Shown here: positions 43,554 through 52,860 of the stretch, piece by piece
How the letters are laid out: every line of letters begins with the position of its first letter
How positions within the stretch are numbered: position 1 is the first letter of the stretch
Source: Pelagomonas calceolata
Taxonomy: Eukaryota
Reading direction: 5' to 3'
Assembly (NCBI GenBank): GCA_918797485.1
Contig: CAKKNE010000003.1
Coordinates: 434,001 to 498,000, forward strand
Length of the DNA stretch: 64,000 bases
Program-made: the position numbers and the translations under genes
The notes under the pieces: generated by a model
Seen by the model: only the letters and a program-made list of their open reading frames with translations
Databases searched by the model: none
Told to the model about the DNA's origin: nothing

Positions 43554-44221
43554 CTGCGCGCTCGGTCAACTCTAGAGATGACGACAATGGTTGGACGCTT
43601 CTTCATTGGACCGCGGCGCGCCCCCGGTCGCCGGAACAGGTCGAGTTCGCACGCTACCTCATATCACAAGGCGTCCGGGTCGACGCAAAAGCCAGCGAGG
43701 GATCGACCGCGCTCCATTGTGCCTGTGGAGGTATTCCTGGCAAATACACGGCAGCCATGGTTTCTTTGCTCGTCGCCGCCGGGGTTGCCGCGGCAAACAT
43801 GGAAGATCACGCCAACCGGACACCCCTCTTTTCTATTTTTTACCCTCATGAGTCAATCATTGATATAGTTACAACGTTGCTCAGGGCGGGCGCGTCGCTG
43901 GACAGTGGCCCGGTCCCCTTTCTTGGAACGACTAAGGTCAGTCGGCAGTTCGAAGAGCTTCTGAATCACATTGACATTTATCCCGATCTAAGAGCACGCG
44001 TCGGTGCGGTCAGAACGCTTGTCGCGAGCGTGCGCGCGGCCGGCAGCTGGAAGGCCCATTGCACACTGCCTCACAAGCAGGTCCTGCGGCTCCGCTCCCT
44101 CGTCGCGCGCGGCCGGACGCGGGAGCGCCTCGCGACCACGCGGGCGATCCGATTCATCGTCCGCCAGGGGGACAACGGCATCGTCTGGAACATCCTCTCG
44201 TTTTGGCGCGCGACTGATTAG
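43554..44221 (+). pseudogene. 5'-truncated ankyrin-repeat gene
   Basis: VNSRDDDNGWTLLHW, GSTALHCAC, NRTPL, LLRAGA; no ATG before the first repeat; abuts an inverted TPR fragment. Confidence 0.65.
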
Positions 44222-44250
44222 AGCCTCGCAGTAATGATAAGCAGGAAATG

Positions 44251-46803
44251 TTACTCGTCCCACAAATTCAGCGTGAACCCCTGGGGATCAATCCGGCCGC
44301 AGTCCCGCCGCCGCCCGGGGTTCCCGTCGCCGTCGCTGCCCACGAAGCCCTTGAGGCACCGACATAAGCCCGACTCGTGGTCGCAGTAGCCCTGGCGCCC
44401 GCACTCGAGATTTTCCTTCGTGCCCTTGACGGTCTCCGTGACGTTCGACGGCGGCGACGTCGTCAGCAAGGGAACATCGCCCACTTGACTAATAAATGTA
44501 ACGTTGAAGCCTGAACTACCGTGGCGCCAGTCGTTGCCGTCCCAGCGCGTCTGGCACGCCCGTTCGCCGGGGTTTATGGAGACGTGGACTTCCTGTAAAG
44601 TTGTCATATTTTCCAGAGCCCATTTTATTTGCGCATCAGTAGCGTTCGCCGAGATGGGTCGAGAGGTATCCCCGCGAAAGGACACGGTGAAGGTATCTTT
44701 CCCGGGAAGCGAGCACCGCACGGTCTGGATTTCGCTCACATCATCATCAGTACGGGGGTCGTCGCCGAAGGGGCACCTCCGGAGCGAACAGTCGTAGCCC
44801 GTCCAGCCGCCGACGAAGTCATCATTTGCGGTATGTACGCCACTGACCCACATTACAGGACCATCCGCCGGTTGGAAGCCGTCCCGCGAGTCGCAGTGGC
44901 ACGTATAAATCCTCCGCGAGTCCCAGGTCGCCGGCGATTGTTGGGTCGCGGCACCGTAGGTCAGCCCCCGCGGCTCTCCAGACAAAGTCGTTTCTTCGGC
45001 CGCGCGCCACATCGGCAGGCACAAGCCGTGGCCGGAGCAGTACTGCGCGTCCCCATCTACGGGACAGAGTAACTTCTCGCAGGCCTTGCCGCCGAAGCCT
45101 TCTCTACAATCACATAATCCAGAGTTTCTTTCACATTCGCCCATGTTCGAGCACTCCGCCAGGTCGTGGCCCTCGCCCGAGCCCCGCGCTTCGCCCCACC
45201 ACGACGGCCCGTACGGACACGTCTGCAACATGCAGTCCGCCCCATAATGATCCGCGTTGCACTGACATATGAGGGTCGCGTTGTCGCAGTGGCCCCGGTC
45301 CTTCCCGCCGCACTGGACCCACTTGTCGCCGATGCGGCCGGCCGGGCAGCCTCTAGCTTCGATGGCCGGATACCCACAATCACCTCTATTACCAGGTTCA
45401 CCGTACCCGTTCGACGACTTATAGTCGTACTGTAGACTACCAGTGTCGAGCTTGTTGCACATGCACGTCCCGGTCGCGAAGTCGCACCAGCCGCGCTCGC
45501 TGCAGTAGGCGTTCTCCTTCGTGCCTTTCGAGGCTTCCAGCGTCAAGTTCACCTTCTCCTTGTACGCATATCCCGGATTTGTATAGGAATCGACCCTCCA
45601 TAAACTGTTAAGTAATGTCAAGTTGTAGACGTTGCCGTACTTCCCTCTTATATCGATCGTCACGTTCTGGGCATTTAAATAATCATACTCCTCGGTAGAG
45701 TTCATGTAGTACTTCTCGTCGTAGTTGCATACTGTATTACTGCCCGTAACATTCACGTGCAAGGGACCGTAGTCCGAATCCTCGTTGAACGTCGATAATG
45801 CACTCAGAGCTTTCTCCACATATTCTTTCGTCGCGTTCCAGGCGATTTTCGACGTGAACTGGCCGTCATAGCCCAGGTAGAAGCCGCCCGTACAATTCGA
45901 CGGGCCCCTTCCCCTCGCTTGATGACACGAACCGCGGGGGCACCGCAACCGCTGCCTTGTAATTAAGAACACAGATCCTTCCAAAGATAAGGACTGGACT
46001 TTCAGGGCCGGTAAAGAGCCGAAATCGGTAAGAAACTCAATTTCCGTTTCTGTTTTCTGTGCGGAACACACACTTTCCTGGCCTCGTAGGAAGCGCACGT
46101 CGACCTCGCCGATATCGGGTAAAGCTTGCAATCTAGCTTTTACGAGACCGTAAGGTGCATCATACGGTATCGGCTCCGTTATACTACCTTTGTACGTGAG
46201 CGTGAAGGTACCTTTTGATGCCCCACATTCCAACCTCACAATTTCGTTCTTCTGGCCCCGCGTCTCGGGCACATCGCCCCGAGGACAGTCCACCCTCGAG
46301 CAGTTGAATCCAGAAAACCCGCGATCACATAGACACCCACTAATTTTTTCCGCATCCCAATGGGGATACTCGACGTGGGGCCTCAGTAAATTCCGGCCGT
46401 CCCAATGGGATGCGGCCCATCCGGAGGTGACGCACTGCCCGTGTCCTGAGCAGATCGTGCCGTCCAGCGACGTAGGGCAAGCGAGTTTCTCACACGCGGG
46501 CCCCTCGAAGACCCCTTCCCGACATTCACACTGCCCGTCCTCGTTGCAGTAGCCTACCCCACTACATTCCACGTCGTAGGCGTGGGCTTCATCCGTATCA
46601 GACGCGTAGTCGGCCCACGCTCTACCGCGCGGACACGCCTTGACCCCACAATTCGGGCCCTTCCACCCGCTGAAGCACGTGCACTCGAAGTTGTTCTCCT
46701 TGCTCGTCACGCCGTGGCCCGAGCAGTGGGCGCCCTCGTGTGCCTCGTGTCCGGAGAGTAGCGCTGTGTAGAGCAGCCATCGTATTGCTGGTGGGCGGCG
46801 CAT
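44251..46803 (-). CDS. Cys-rich EGF-like repeat protein, stramenopile tubular mastigoneme (Ocm1/Sig1)-like
   Basis: Signal peptide, many CSGHG.C and ECS..G.C units, WD..KI.GC.CD..G..CS...CP.GD.P.T motif twice. Confidence 0.78.
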   Translation of the reverse strand: MRRPPAIRWLLYTALLSGHEAHEGAHCSGHGVTSKENNFECTCFSGWKGPNCGVKACPRGRAWADYASDTDEAHAYDVECSGVGYCNEDGQCECREGVFEGPACEKLACPTSLDGTICSGHGQCVTSGWAASHWDGRNLLRPHVEYPHWDAEKISGCLCDRGFSGFNCSRVDCPRGDVPETRGQKNEIVRLECGASKGTFTLTYKGSITEPIPYDAPYGLVKARLQALPDIGEVDVRFLRGQESVCSAQKTETEIEFLTDFGSLPALKVQSLSLEGSVFLITRQRLRCPRGSCHQARGRGPSNCTGGFYLGYDGQFTSKIAWNATKEYVEKALSALSTFNEDSDYGPLHVNVTGSNTVCNYDEKYYMNSTEEYDYLNAQNVTIDIRGKYGNVYNLTLLNSLWRVDSYTNPGYAYKEKVNLTLEASKGTKENAYCSERGWCDFATGTCMCNKLDTGSLQYDYKSSNGYGEPGNRGDCGYPAIEARGCPAGRIGDKWVQCGGKDRGHCDNATLICQCNADHYGADCMLQTCPYGPSWWGEARGSGEGHDLAECSNMGECERNSGLCDCREGFGGKACEKLLCPVDGDAQYCSGHGLCLPMWRAAEETTLSGEPRGLTYGAATQQSPATWDSRRIYTCHCDSRDGFQPADGPVMWVSGVHTANDDFVGGWTGYDCSLRRCPFGDDPRTDDDVSEIQTVRCSLPGKDTFTVSFRGDTSRPISANATDAQIKWALENMTTLQEVHVSINPGERACQTRWDGNDWRHGSSGFNVTFISQVGDVPLLTTSPPSNVTETVKGTKENLECGRQGYCDHESGLCRCLKGFVGSDGDGNPGRRRDCGRIDPQGFTLNLWDE

Positions 46804-46913
46804 CGGTGGGCTGCCCTGGCGCACCGATGGCGTCCGATGGCTGCCCCCGGAGTCGCCGTCCCGCTCTCAGGGCGCGTATAAAGGCGCAACGCGATGGGCT
46901 GCCGGCTCTTTTG

Positions 46914-46936
46914 GCTAGAGTCTTACATGCCGCTAG
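46914..46936 (-). promoter_or_regulatory. CTAG-N14-CTAG motif
   Basis: Reverse complement CTAGCGGCATGTAAGACTCTAGC between 46803(-) and 47070(+). Confidence 0.7.
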
Positions 46937-47069
46937 GGTCGATAGGCTGCCCCGGCCGCATTTTGACACCGTCCAGGGCAGCATCGGTGCCTTTACCGCA
47001 AGGCCGGATGCAGACGAATTGATTTCCCAGCGATGCGGCGGCCCCCAGCCTTGTAGTACGCCAAGCCAT

Positions 47070-47999
47070 ATGATGCGGCCTCTCTGGCCGCTCCTCACGC
47101 TGGCCGCGGCGGCGACCGATAAAAATAAACTGCTCGTCGCGCCGGCCGCGGCGGCGCCCGATCGAGAGAAACCGCTCTACCTCTTCGGGCACATCCCGAA
47201 ATGCGGCGGCGTGTCCTTCGTCGCCGACCTGGTCGGGCGGCTCCACCTCACGAGCTGCTTCGGGCGCAAGGCCGTCGTCGCCAAGGGCGAGAACTGGACG
47301 CACGCGATGGAGCGGGGCCGCTGCAACTTCGTGAACACGGAGCAGTGGCTGGGTGAACACGGAGGCATGGTCCGGCATTTCCCGCGGCCGCCGCGCGTCG
47401 CCATCCTGGTGCGAAATCCTGAGTCGCACGTGCGCTCGCAGTTCGCGCACTGCCAGACGCCCGGGAACCGGGCAAAATGGCACCTCGACAAAGCTGGTCT
47501 CCATGACTGGGTCACGCGGTGGCGCGACGCGGTGAACGGCGACAAATCGGCGGTCGCGTCCGCGTTCAAGCTCTGCCACTTTAATCCATTAAATATGATG
47601 ACGACGAAGCTCTGCGGCGGCTACAACCATAATGGTTTGAAGCCGAAACATGGCTGGTCCGAGACGTCTTGTTTGGAGAAAGCATTGGAGGAGGTCGCGG
47701 CCGTGTGGCACATCGCGCCCCTGGAGAAATACGACCAGAGTCTTTGTGTGCTGGGGCTGCGCCTCGGCGTGCGGCTGAAGCAGTGCTCCTGCGGCGCGCC
47801 GGTGAGCGCGTTCGGCCAGCACAAGCAACATGGCGTAAAACGCCACGCCGAGATGAGCGCCGCGACGGTCGCCATCGTCCGCGACCTCACGCGGACCGAC
47901 GACGCAGTGTGGCGCGCCGCCACGGATAGGTTTGACCGCGACGTGGCGCAACTTTCTTCTTCCTGCGCGGCCCCCAGCTCCAGCTCCAGCTCGGAATAA
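47070..47999 (+). CDS. Golgi-type carbohydrate sulfotransferase-like protein
   Basis: Signal peptide; HIPKCGGVS (5'-PSB), VRNPESHVRSQF (3'-PB). Confidence 0.75.
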   Translation: MMRPLWPLLTLAAAATDKNKLLVAPAAAAPDREKPLYLFGHIPKCGGVSFVADLVGRLHLTSCFGRKAVVAKGENWTHAMERGRCNFVNTEQWLGEHGGMVRHFPRPPRVAILVRNPESHVRSQFAHCQTPGNRAKWHLDKAGLHDWVTRWRDAVNGDKSAVASAFKLCHFNPLNMMTTKLCGGYNHNGLKPKHGWSETSCLEKALEEVAAVWHIAPLEKYDQSLCVLGLRLGVRLKQCSCGAPVSAFGQHKQHGVKRHAEMSAATVAIVRDLTRTDDAVWRAATDRFDRDVAQLSSSCAAPSSSSSSE

Positions 48000-48074
48000 T
48001 AGTAGTGTTTTGTGAACAGGTAGGTATACACGGGAATGGAGGGGGAGGTCGTCTACTACGCGCGCCGCGCTCAG
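47993..48074. repeat. About 80-bp direct repeat, copy 1
   Basis: Near-identical to 52780-52860. Confidence 0.9.
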
Positions 48075-48229
48075 ACCGAGGGGCAGTAGTCGTCCTCGCA
48101 CGCGCAGACCCAGCGCGAGCCCTCAGGGTAGCCCGGCGTGGCCGGGAACTTCATGTAGTACAGGGGGTAGACCTTGCAGACGCGGCACTTGCGGCTCTTC
48201 TTCCACACGTAGGGCACGTGGGTCACAGC
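48071..48229 (-). CDS. Short Cys-containing terminal exon or gene fragment, unknown function
   Basis: AVTHVPYVWKKSRKCRVCKVYPLYYMKFPATPGYPEGSRWVCACEDDYCPSV-stop, strongly GC3-biased; start not resolved. Confidence 0.4.
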   Translation of the reverse strand, partial: AVTHVPYVWKKSRKCRVCKVYPLYYMKFPATPGYPEGSRWVCACEDDYCPSV

Positions 48230-48572
48230 TTTTTTTTATCGTGCGAGTGGGCTTATGAATGCGCGAAAGGTGTTGACTCGCGTGATGTGTATGCCCGCGA
48301 GCTACTCTAGGACGCGGCGCGTTGACGGGCGGCTGTGGGTGCCGCGGCGGAGACACAAAGGGCTCGGTGACCAGCTCTAGAGACCAGGGTCCCCGGCGGC
48401 TTATTTCGGCGATATGTGTCAACGAGTCGTCATAGACGGCGTTAGACGACTACTAGACGTTTGGCATCGCCTCGCTCACGAATTCGGACAAGCAGCGGGT
48501 TTTGAGAGCCGGGGCCGAGAAGAAACTGTTCAAGGAAACCAACAAGTTACCACAACAACTACCAAACTGCCT

Positions 48573-49682
48573 TCACGCGGCGGCGTCGTCGATGCTCAGC
48601 ACCGCGGCGCCAATGGACGTCGCGCGGTCGCGTTCGAGGACCTTCACGAGCCGCTCGAATTCGGCCCGGTACCGCCGCAGGAGGATCACTCCATTCAAAG
48701 CGGACATCCGCGCTTGCACGAGTACGTCACCAGTAAATCCGACCGTGTCCTGAAGGAAGCTGATTAGGGCGGACTCGTCGTCCTTGCCGCCTTCGGCCGA
48801 GCCGTACGAGACGGCTTCCGCGGCGATGCCGCCCATAACTACAATACAGTAGCGGTCGATCACGGACCGCGTGATGCGGCCGCGGCGCGCGGCGGCGTTG
48901 AGCTCCGGGTCGAAGAACGCCGTACCGGCCGCACCGTTCAATGACGCGGCGCCGGAGCCTTCCCCGGCGAGCGCCTCTCTCGCAGAGAGGACGCAGCCCT
49001 GCACCGGAAGGCCGCAGAGATATGCCAATAGCAAGTGGCCCGCTTCGTGGCGGACAATTCGCTCGGAGTACGTATTGTCTGCCGCAGATGCCAGCGTCTC
49101 CGCGAGTGCGCCTTTGAGGGCAAAGGTATCGACGGCGGCGAGTCCCGCGGTGGCGAGAAACAACGGCTGCGGCGAGTCGAGGCCGAGCGCCTTCGCCGCG
49201 GCAATCTCGGCTCCGCAGACGATGACACCAAGGATCGCGAACATCCGTCCCGCGCCGTCCTTTGGTCTGAACGCGGCGAGCGTGAGGTCACCGGCCTCCC
49301 GCGCGATCTCTTCCTCGGACGCGCCTTGCGACAGCGGAAAGGGCTCGTCGATCGCTATCCCGAAGGACGGCGCCAGTCCACGCCGCCGCAGCGCCTGGTA
49401 CGCACGAACGAGCCTCGCTTCCTCGAACGCTGCCGCGAACTGTTCGCCGTCGCTGCTGTCGGGAGTCACCGCTGCGGCTTTGTCGAGTGCTGCTATTGCC
49501 AGCGCGCGGTCGCATGGTACGTCGTCTTCGAGCACGTCCACGACGGCGTCGACGTCGTTGCCAGCGATTGCTCTCTCGAGTGGTGTGAGAGCAAGGCGGC
49601 TTAGCGGTCTCTGTGGGCGGCGCGGCTGCAAGTAAGCGCCGGCAGAGTGATAGACGGTGAAAATGAGCAGCGATGCGCGCAT
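48573..49682 (-). CDS. Peptidase M41-like (HExxH) protein without AAA domain, probably plastid
   Basis: RIVRHEAGHLLLAYLCGLPV, MGGIAAEA..YG.AEGG.DD; N-terminal leader. Confidence 0.8.
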   Translation of the reverse strand: MRASLLIFTVYHSAGAYLQPRRPQRPLSRLALTPLERAIAGNDVDAVVDVLEDDVPCDRALAIAALDKAAAVTPDSSDGEQFAAAFEEARLVRAYQALRRRGLAPSFGIAIDEPFPLSQGASEEEIAREAGDLTLAAFRPKDGAGRMFAILGVIVCGAEIAAAKALGLDSPQPLFLATAGLAAVDTFALKGALAETLASAADNTYSERIVRHEAGHLLLAYLCGLPVQGCVLSAREALAGEGSGAASLNGAAGTAFFDPELNAAARRGRITRSVIDRYCIVVMGGIAAEAVSYGSAEGGKDDESALISFLQDTVGFTGDVLVQARMSALNGVILLRRYRAEFERLVKVLERDRATSIGAAVLSIDDAAA

Positions 49683-49952
49683 CTCTGCAGTCGTAATCGA
49701 TTTATGCGGCGCGTGGCGTGCGGCGCGTTCAGCCTCCAGTGCCGTGGTTTGCTTGAGGTTGATGCGCGAGACACCAGCTGTGTCCGGGGCTCCGATACCT
49801 CTCTAGGAGACGCCTCCCAGCCTTGCGCGGTGATTGTGCGGGTTCGCCGGGTCGTCTCCCGCATCGAGAGCGTCGTGAGCTAAAGCCCTGCCGCGGCGCG
49901 AGTTCGGCATTCGCAGCGCGGGTTCATTGGGCTGCCCCCAGGAGCATCACTC

Positions 49953-52668
49953 ATGGATCGGCGGGGAGGAGCCTCGCCGCAGACGCCCGTCAAGCGGCGT
50001 TCGAGACTCGACGAGGTGACCTTCGGCGCCGACGGCCGCGCACGCGACACGCACGCTCAGCATGCGCGCAAGCGTCGCCAGATAGCTGTCTCCGACGACG
50101 ACGAGTCCGAGGACGACGCGTCGTCGTCATTCCTGTCCGCGGCCGGGGCGGGTTCCAAGCCGACGCGGCCGCGGCGCGCGGCCTCGAAGCGCGCCGTCGT
50201 CGAGAGCAGCAACGACGACGACGACGACGACGACGCGTCCTCATCGGACGAGGAGTCGGAGTCGTCGGAGTCCGAGTCCGAGTCGGAGGAGGACGTCGAA
50301 GCGGCGCCCAAGAAGATGTCTGAGGATGACGAGCCCACGGTGAAGAAGAACAAGAACACGGGCCGGTGGACCGAGGACGAGCACGCGCGCTTTTTGAGAG
50401 GTCTGGAATTGTTCGGCAAGAATTTGAGCAAGGTCGCCGACTTCGTGCAATCTAGAACGTATTCACAAGTGCACACGCACAACCAGAAGTACCTGAAGAA
50501 GCTTGCGAAAGGGTCATCGACGCGGCGGAAGCCCCGGTACTGGACGGCCGACGAGACGCAGGCCCTCAAGGACGGCTACAAGCTCCACGGCGAAAAGTGG
50601 GCCAAGATCCTGCGCGAGTCCTCCGTCTTGAAGAAGGGCGGCCGCACGCCCGAGGACGTCCGGGCCAAGTGGGTCAACCTCGAGAAGAAGAAGAAACGCG
50701 AGGCGACTCCAGTCGAGAAGAAGAAGAAGAGTGAGACGCGCGACTGGACGCCGGACATGGCGCGCCGGCAGGCTGTGCAAGCGCGCGTGCTGCGGGGCGG
50801 CCAGCTCAGCAGAGAGGAGGTCGACTCCCTGGGTAATATCGAGGCGATGACGTGGGCTTGTGCGATGGGTAGCTCTGCGAAGGCTGATGCGATAGAGTTA
50901 TGTCGAGGAGGAAAGATGACCGCCGTCTCCCTCCCAGCTGCCGACGCTCTCAAAGACTATTGCAGGTCGTGGTTCGAGACGAACGACGGGCCGTTCGTGC
51001 CGGACGAGGCCTGCTTGGAGGAGTTATGGAGGAGATGGAGGTACGATAGTTATTTGCCTTCGGCTGTGAAGAGAGAGTACGTCAGGATGCTGCGGGCGGC
51101 GCGCGAGGACATCAAGGAGCGCGGCCCGCGGGTTCCTGTCGAGGAAGCCATCAAAGCGGCCCAAGCGCGCGTTACTGGGTACGGCCGACGAGACATCGAG
51201 CTGTTGAGTAGAATCCAGAGCACGGTGCGCCTAAGAGCGTGCACCAGCGAGCTTGCGCTGAGTGTCGGTACCTGTGTGGAAATCAAAGTTCGACAACCTA
51301 ACTCACTGGTTGATTTCCACACAGATGATAGTTCAGCCGGAGACGACGCTAGGGGTCGCAGTAGCCTGCCGCGACGCGTCCCCGGAGGCCGCTGCGGTGA
51401 TGATCGTCGCGCTTGCTGCCGACGAGGACATCAATAGATTTTGGCCGGTTCTATCGCAGTGGGAGGCCTGGGTCAAGTCCGAGGAGATGGGAAGCCGTTG
51501 GCGGCCGACCGTTGAGATGCGCCACGTCGGCGACGCGTCGTGGCGCAGCTTCAATTCTCAGACTGATGCGGCGAGGGCGTTCGGCGTCGACCTGAGCGAG
51601 GTCCAGATCCTCATCCGGAACCGGAGGGCGTCGGAGAGGTCGCGCCGGTTCGAGGCAAGAAAAATAGCAAATGATCGCATCAATCGGAGTGACGAGGGGC
51701 GAGACTTTGCTCTGATTGTCGCGCCGCCGCCCGCGCCGGAACAGATCACGAAGGGCAAAGCACCGTACCGTTACCGTACTATGGATTGCACGAAGGGTGA
51801 CGCGGCGCCGGCCGCCGCACCGTTGCCCGCACCACCACTGCCTATCGAAGCCGCGGCCAGCGCCGCCGCCGCGCCGCCAGCGGCGGCGGCGGCCTCGTTG
51901 TTGATGACGTGCGTCGGAGCGGACGCGAGGTCGGGGTTCGTCTCGGCGCTGGGGAGCTGCGCGGCCCCGGAGGACGCGTCTCCGGCCATCTCCGAGAGCC
52001 TACCCTTCGGCGACCGCACCGGGCTTCCATGGAGCCCGGCGGAGGAGGACGCGCTGCGGGCGCTCGTCGAAGAGAAGAAGAAGGGCGAGACGATGACGTG
52101 GGAGCAGATCGCCGGGCGCCTCGGGACCGGTCGGTCCGAAGGAGCTGTTATTCAACACTGGTCGGTAATGCATTCCAGGACCGGGCCGCGGACCTATCCC
52201 TGCAAGCACAAGTGTGGCCGAGTCTTCAGCCACGCGATCGCCGCCTTCAACCACTCCAAGGCCTGCAAGTACCGCGCCGTCGACTGGCGGGCTCAATTTC
52301 CTATTGATGGCGGCCTGCGGCCACCGCACTGGAGCTGGCCGGGCGCCGACTCATGCATGACGCTCGCGGAGAGGGCGACGCTCGCGGCGGCCGAGGCCCG
52401 CGAGGAGCAGCGGCACAACGAGCCGCTCGTGGCGATACTCGCGCCGGGGCTCCGGCTCCCGTGGGAGGCCGTTCGTATTATTGTGTCTTACTGGGCGCGC
52501 GGCGCGGCGAAGGCCAATGAGGCCGAGGAGGCCGCGGCCGAGCCCGTCGCCGAGCCCGTCGCCGAGTCCATCGCCGAGTCCATCGCCGAGCTCGACCCCG
52601 AGGCGAAGAAACGCGCCCGTCTACTGCGGGCACGCGCATTGATCTTGAAAGGCCGTTTCCAGGCCTAG
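49953..52668 (+). CDS. Multi-Myb-domain putative transcription/chromatin factor; intron 51264-51324
   Basis: GRWTEDEH..THNQKY (SHAQKY-type), WTADETQAL..WAKIL, PWSPAEED..WEQIA..QHW; the intron joins ORFs 49953 and 51262 in frame. Confidence 0.8.
51272..51324 (+). mobile_element. Introner-like element, family A (perfect 15-bp TIR)
   Basis: CTGTGTGGAAATCAA ... TTGATTTCCACACAG with internal CTAAC; donor GT lies 8 nt before the TIR; no TSD match. Confidence 0.82.
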
Positions 52669-52779
52669 AGTTGCTGCCGTGGCCGCGCCGGCGCCCGAGG
52701 CGATGCCGACGCTCGGGGGGCGCATGTGATAAGCCTGAGTACTATGAAATGATAACTCTCCTGCGGCCGGCGGTGTGTG

Positions 52780-52860
52780 GGAATACTAGTAGTGTTTTGT
52801 GAACAGGTAGGTATACACAGGGGGATGGGGGAGGTCGTCTACTACGCGCGCCGCGCTCAG
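52780..52860. repeat. About 80-bp direct repeat, copy 2
   Basis: Near-identical to 47993-48074. Confidence 0.9.
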
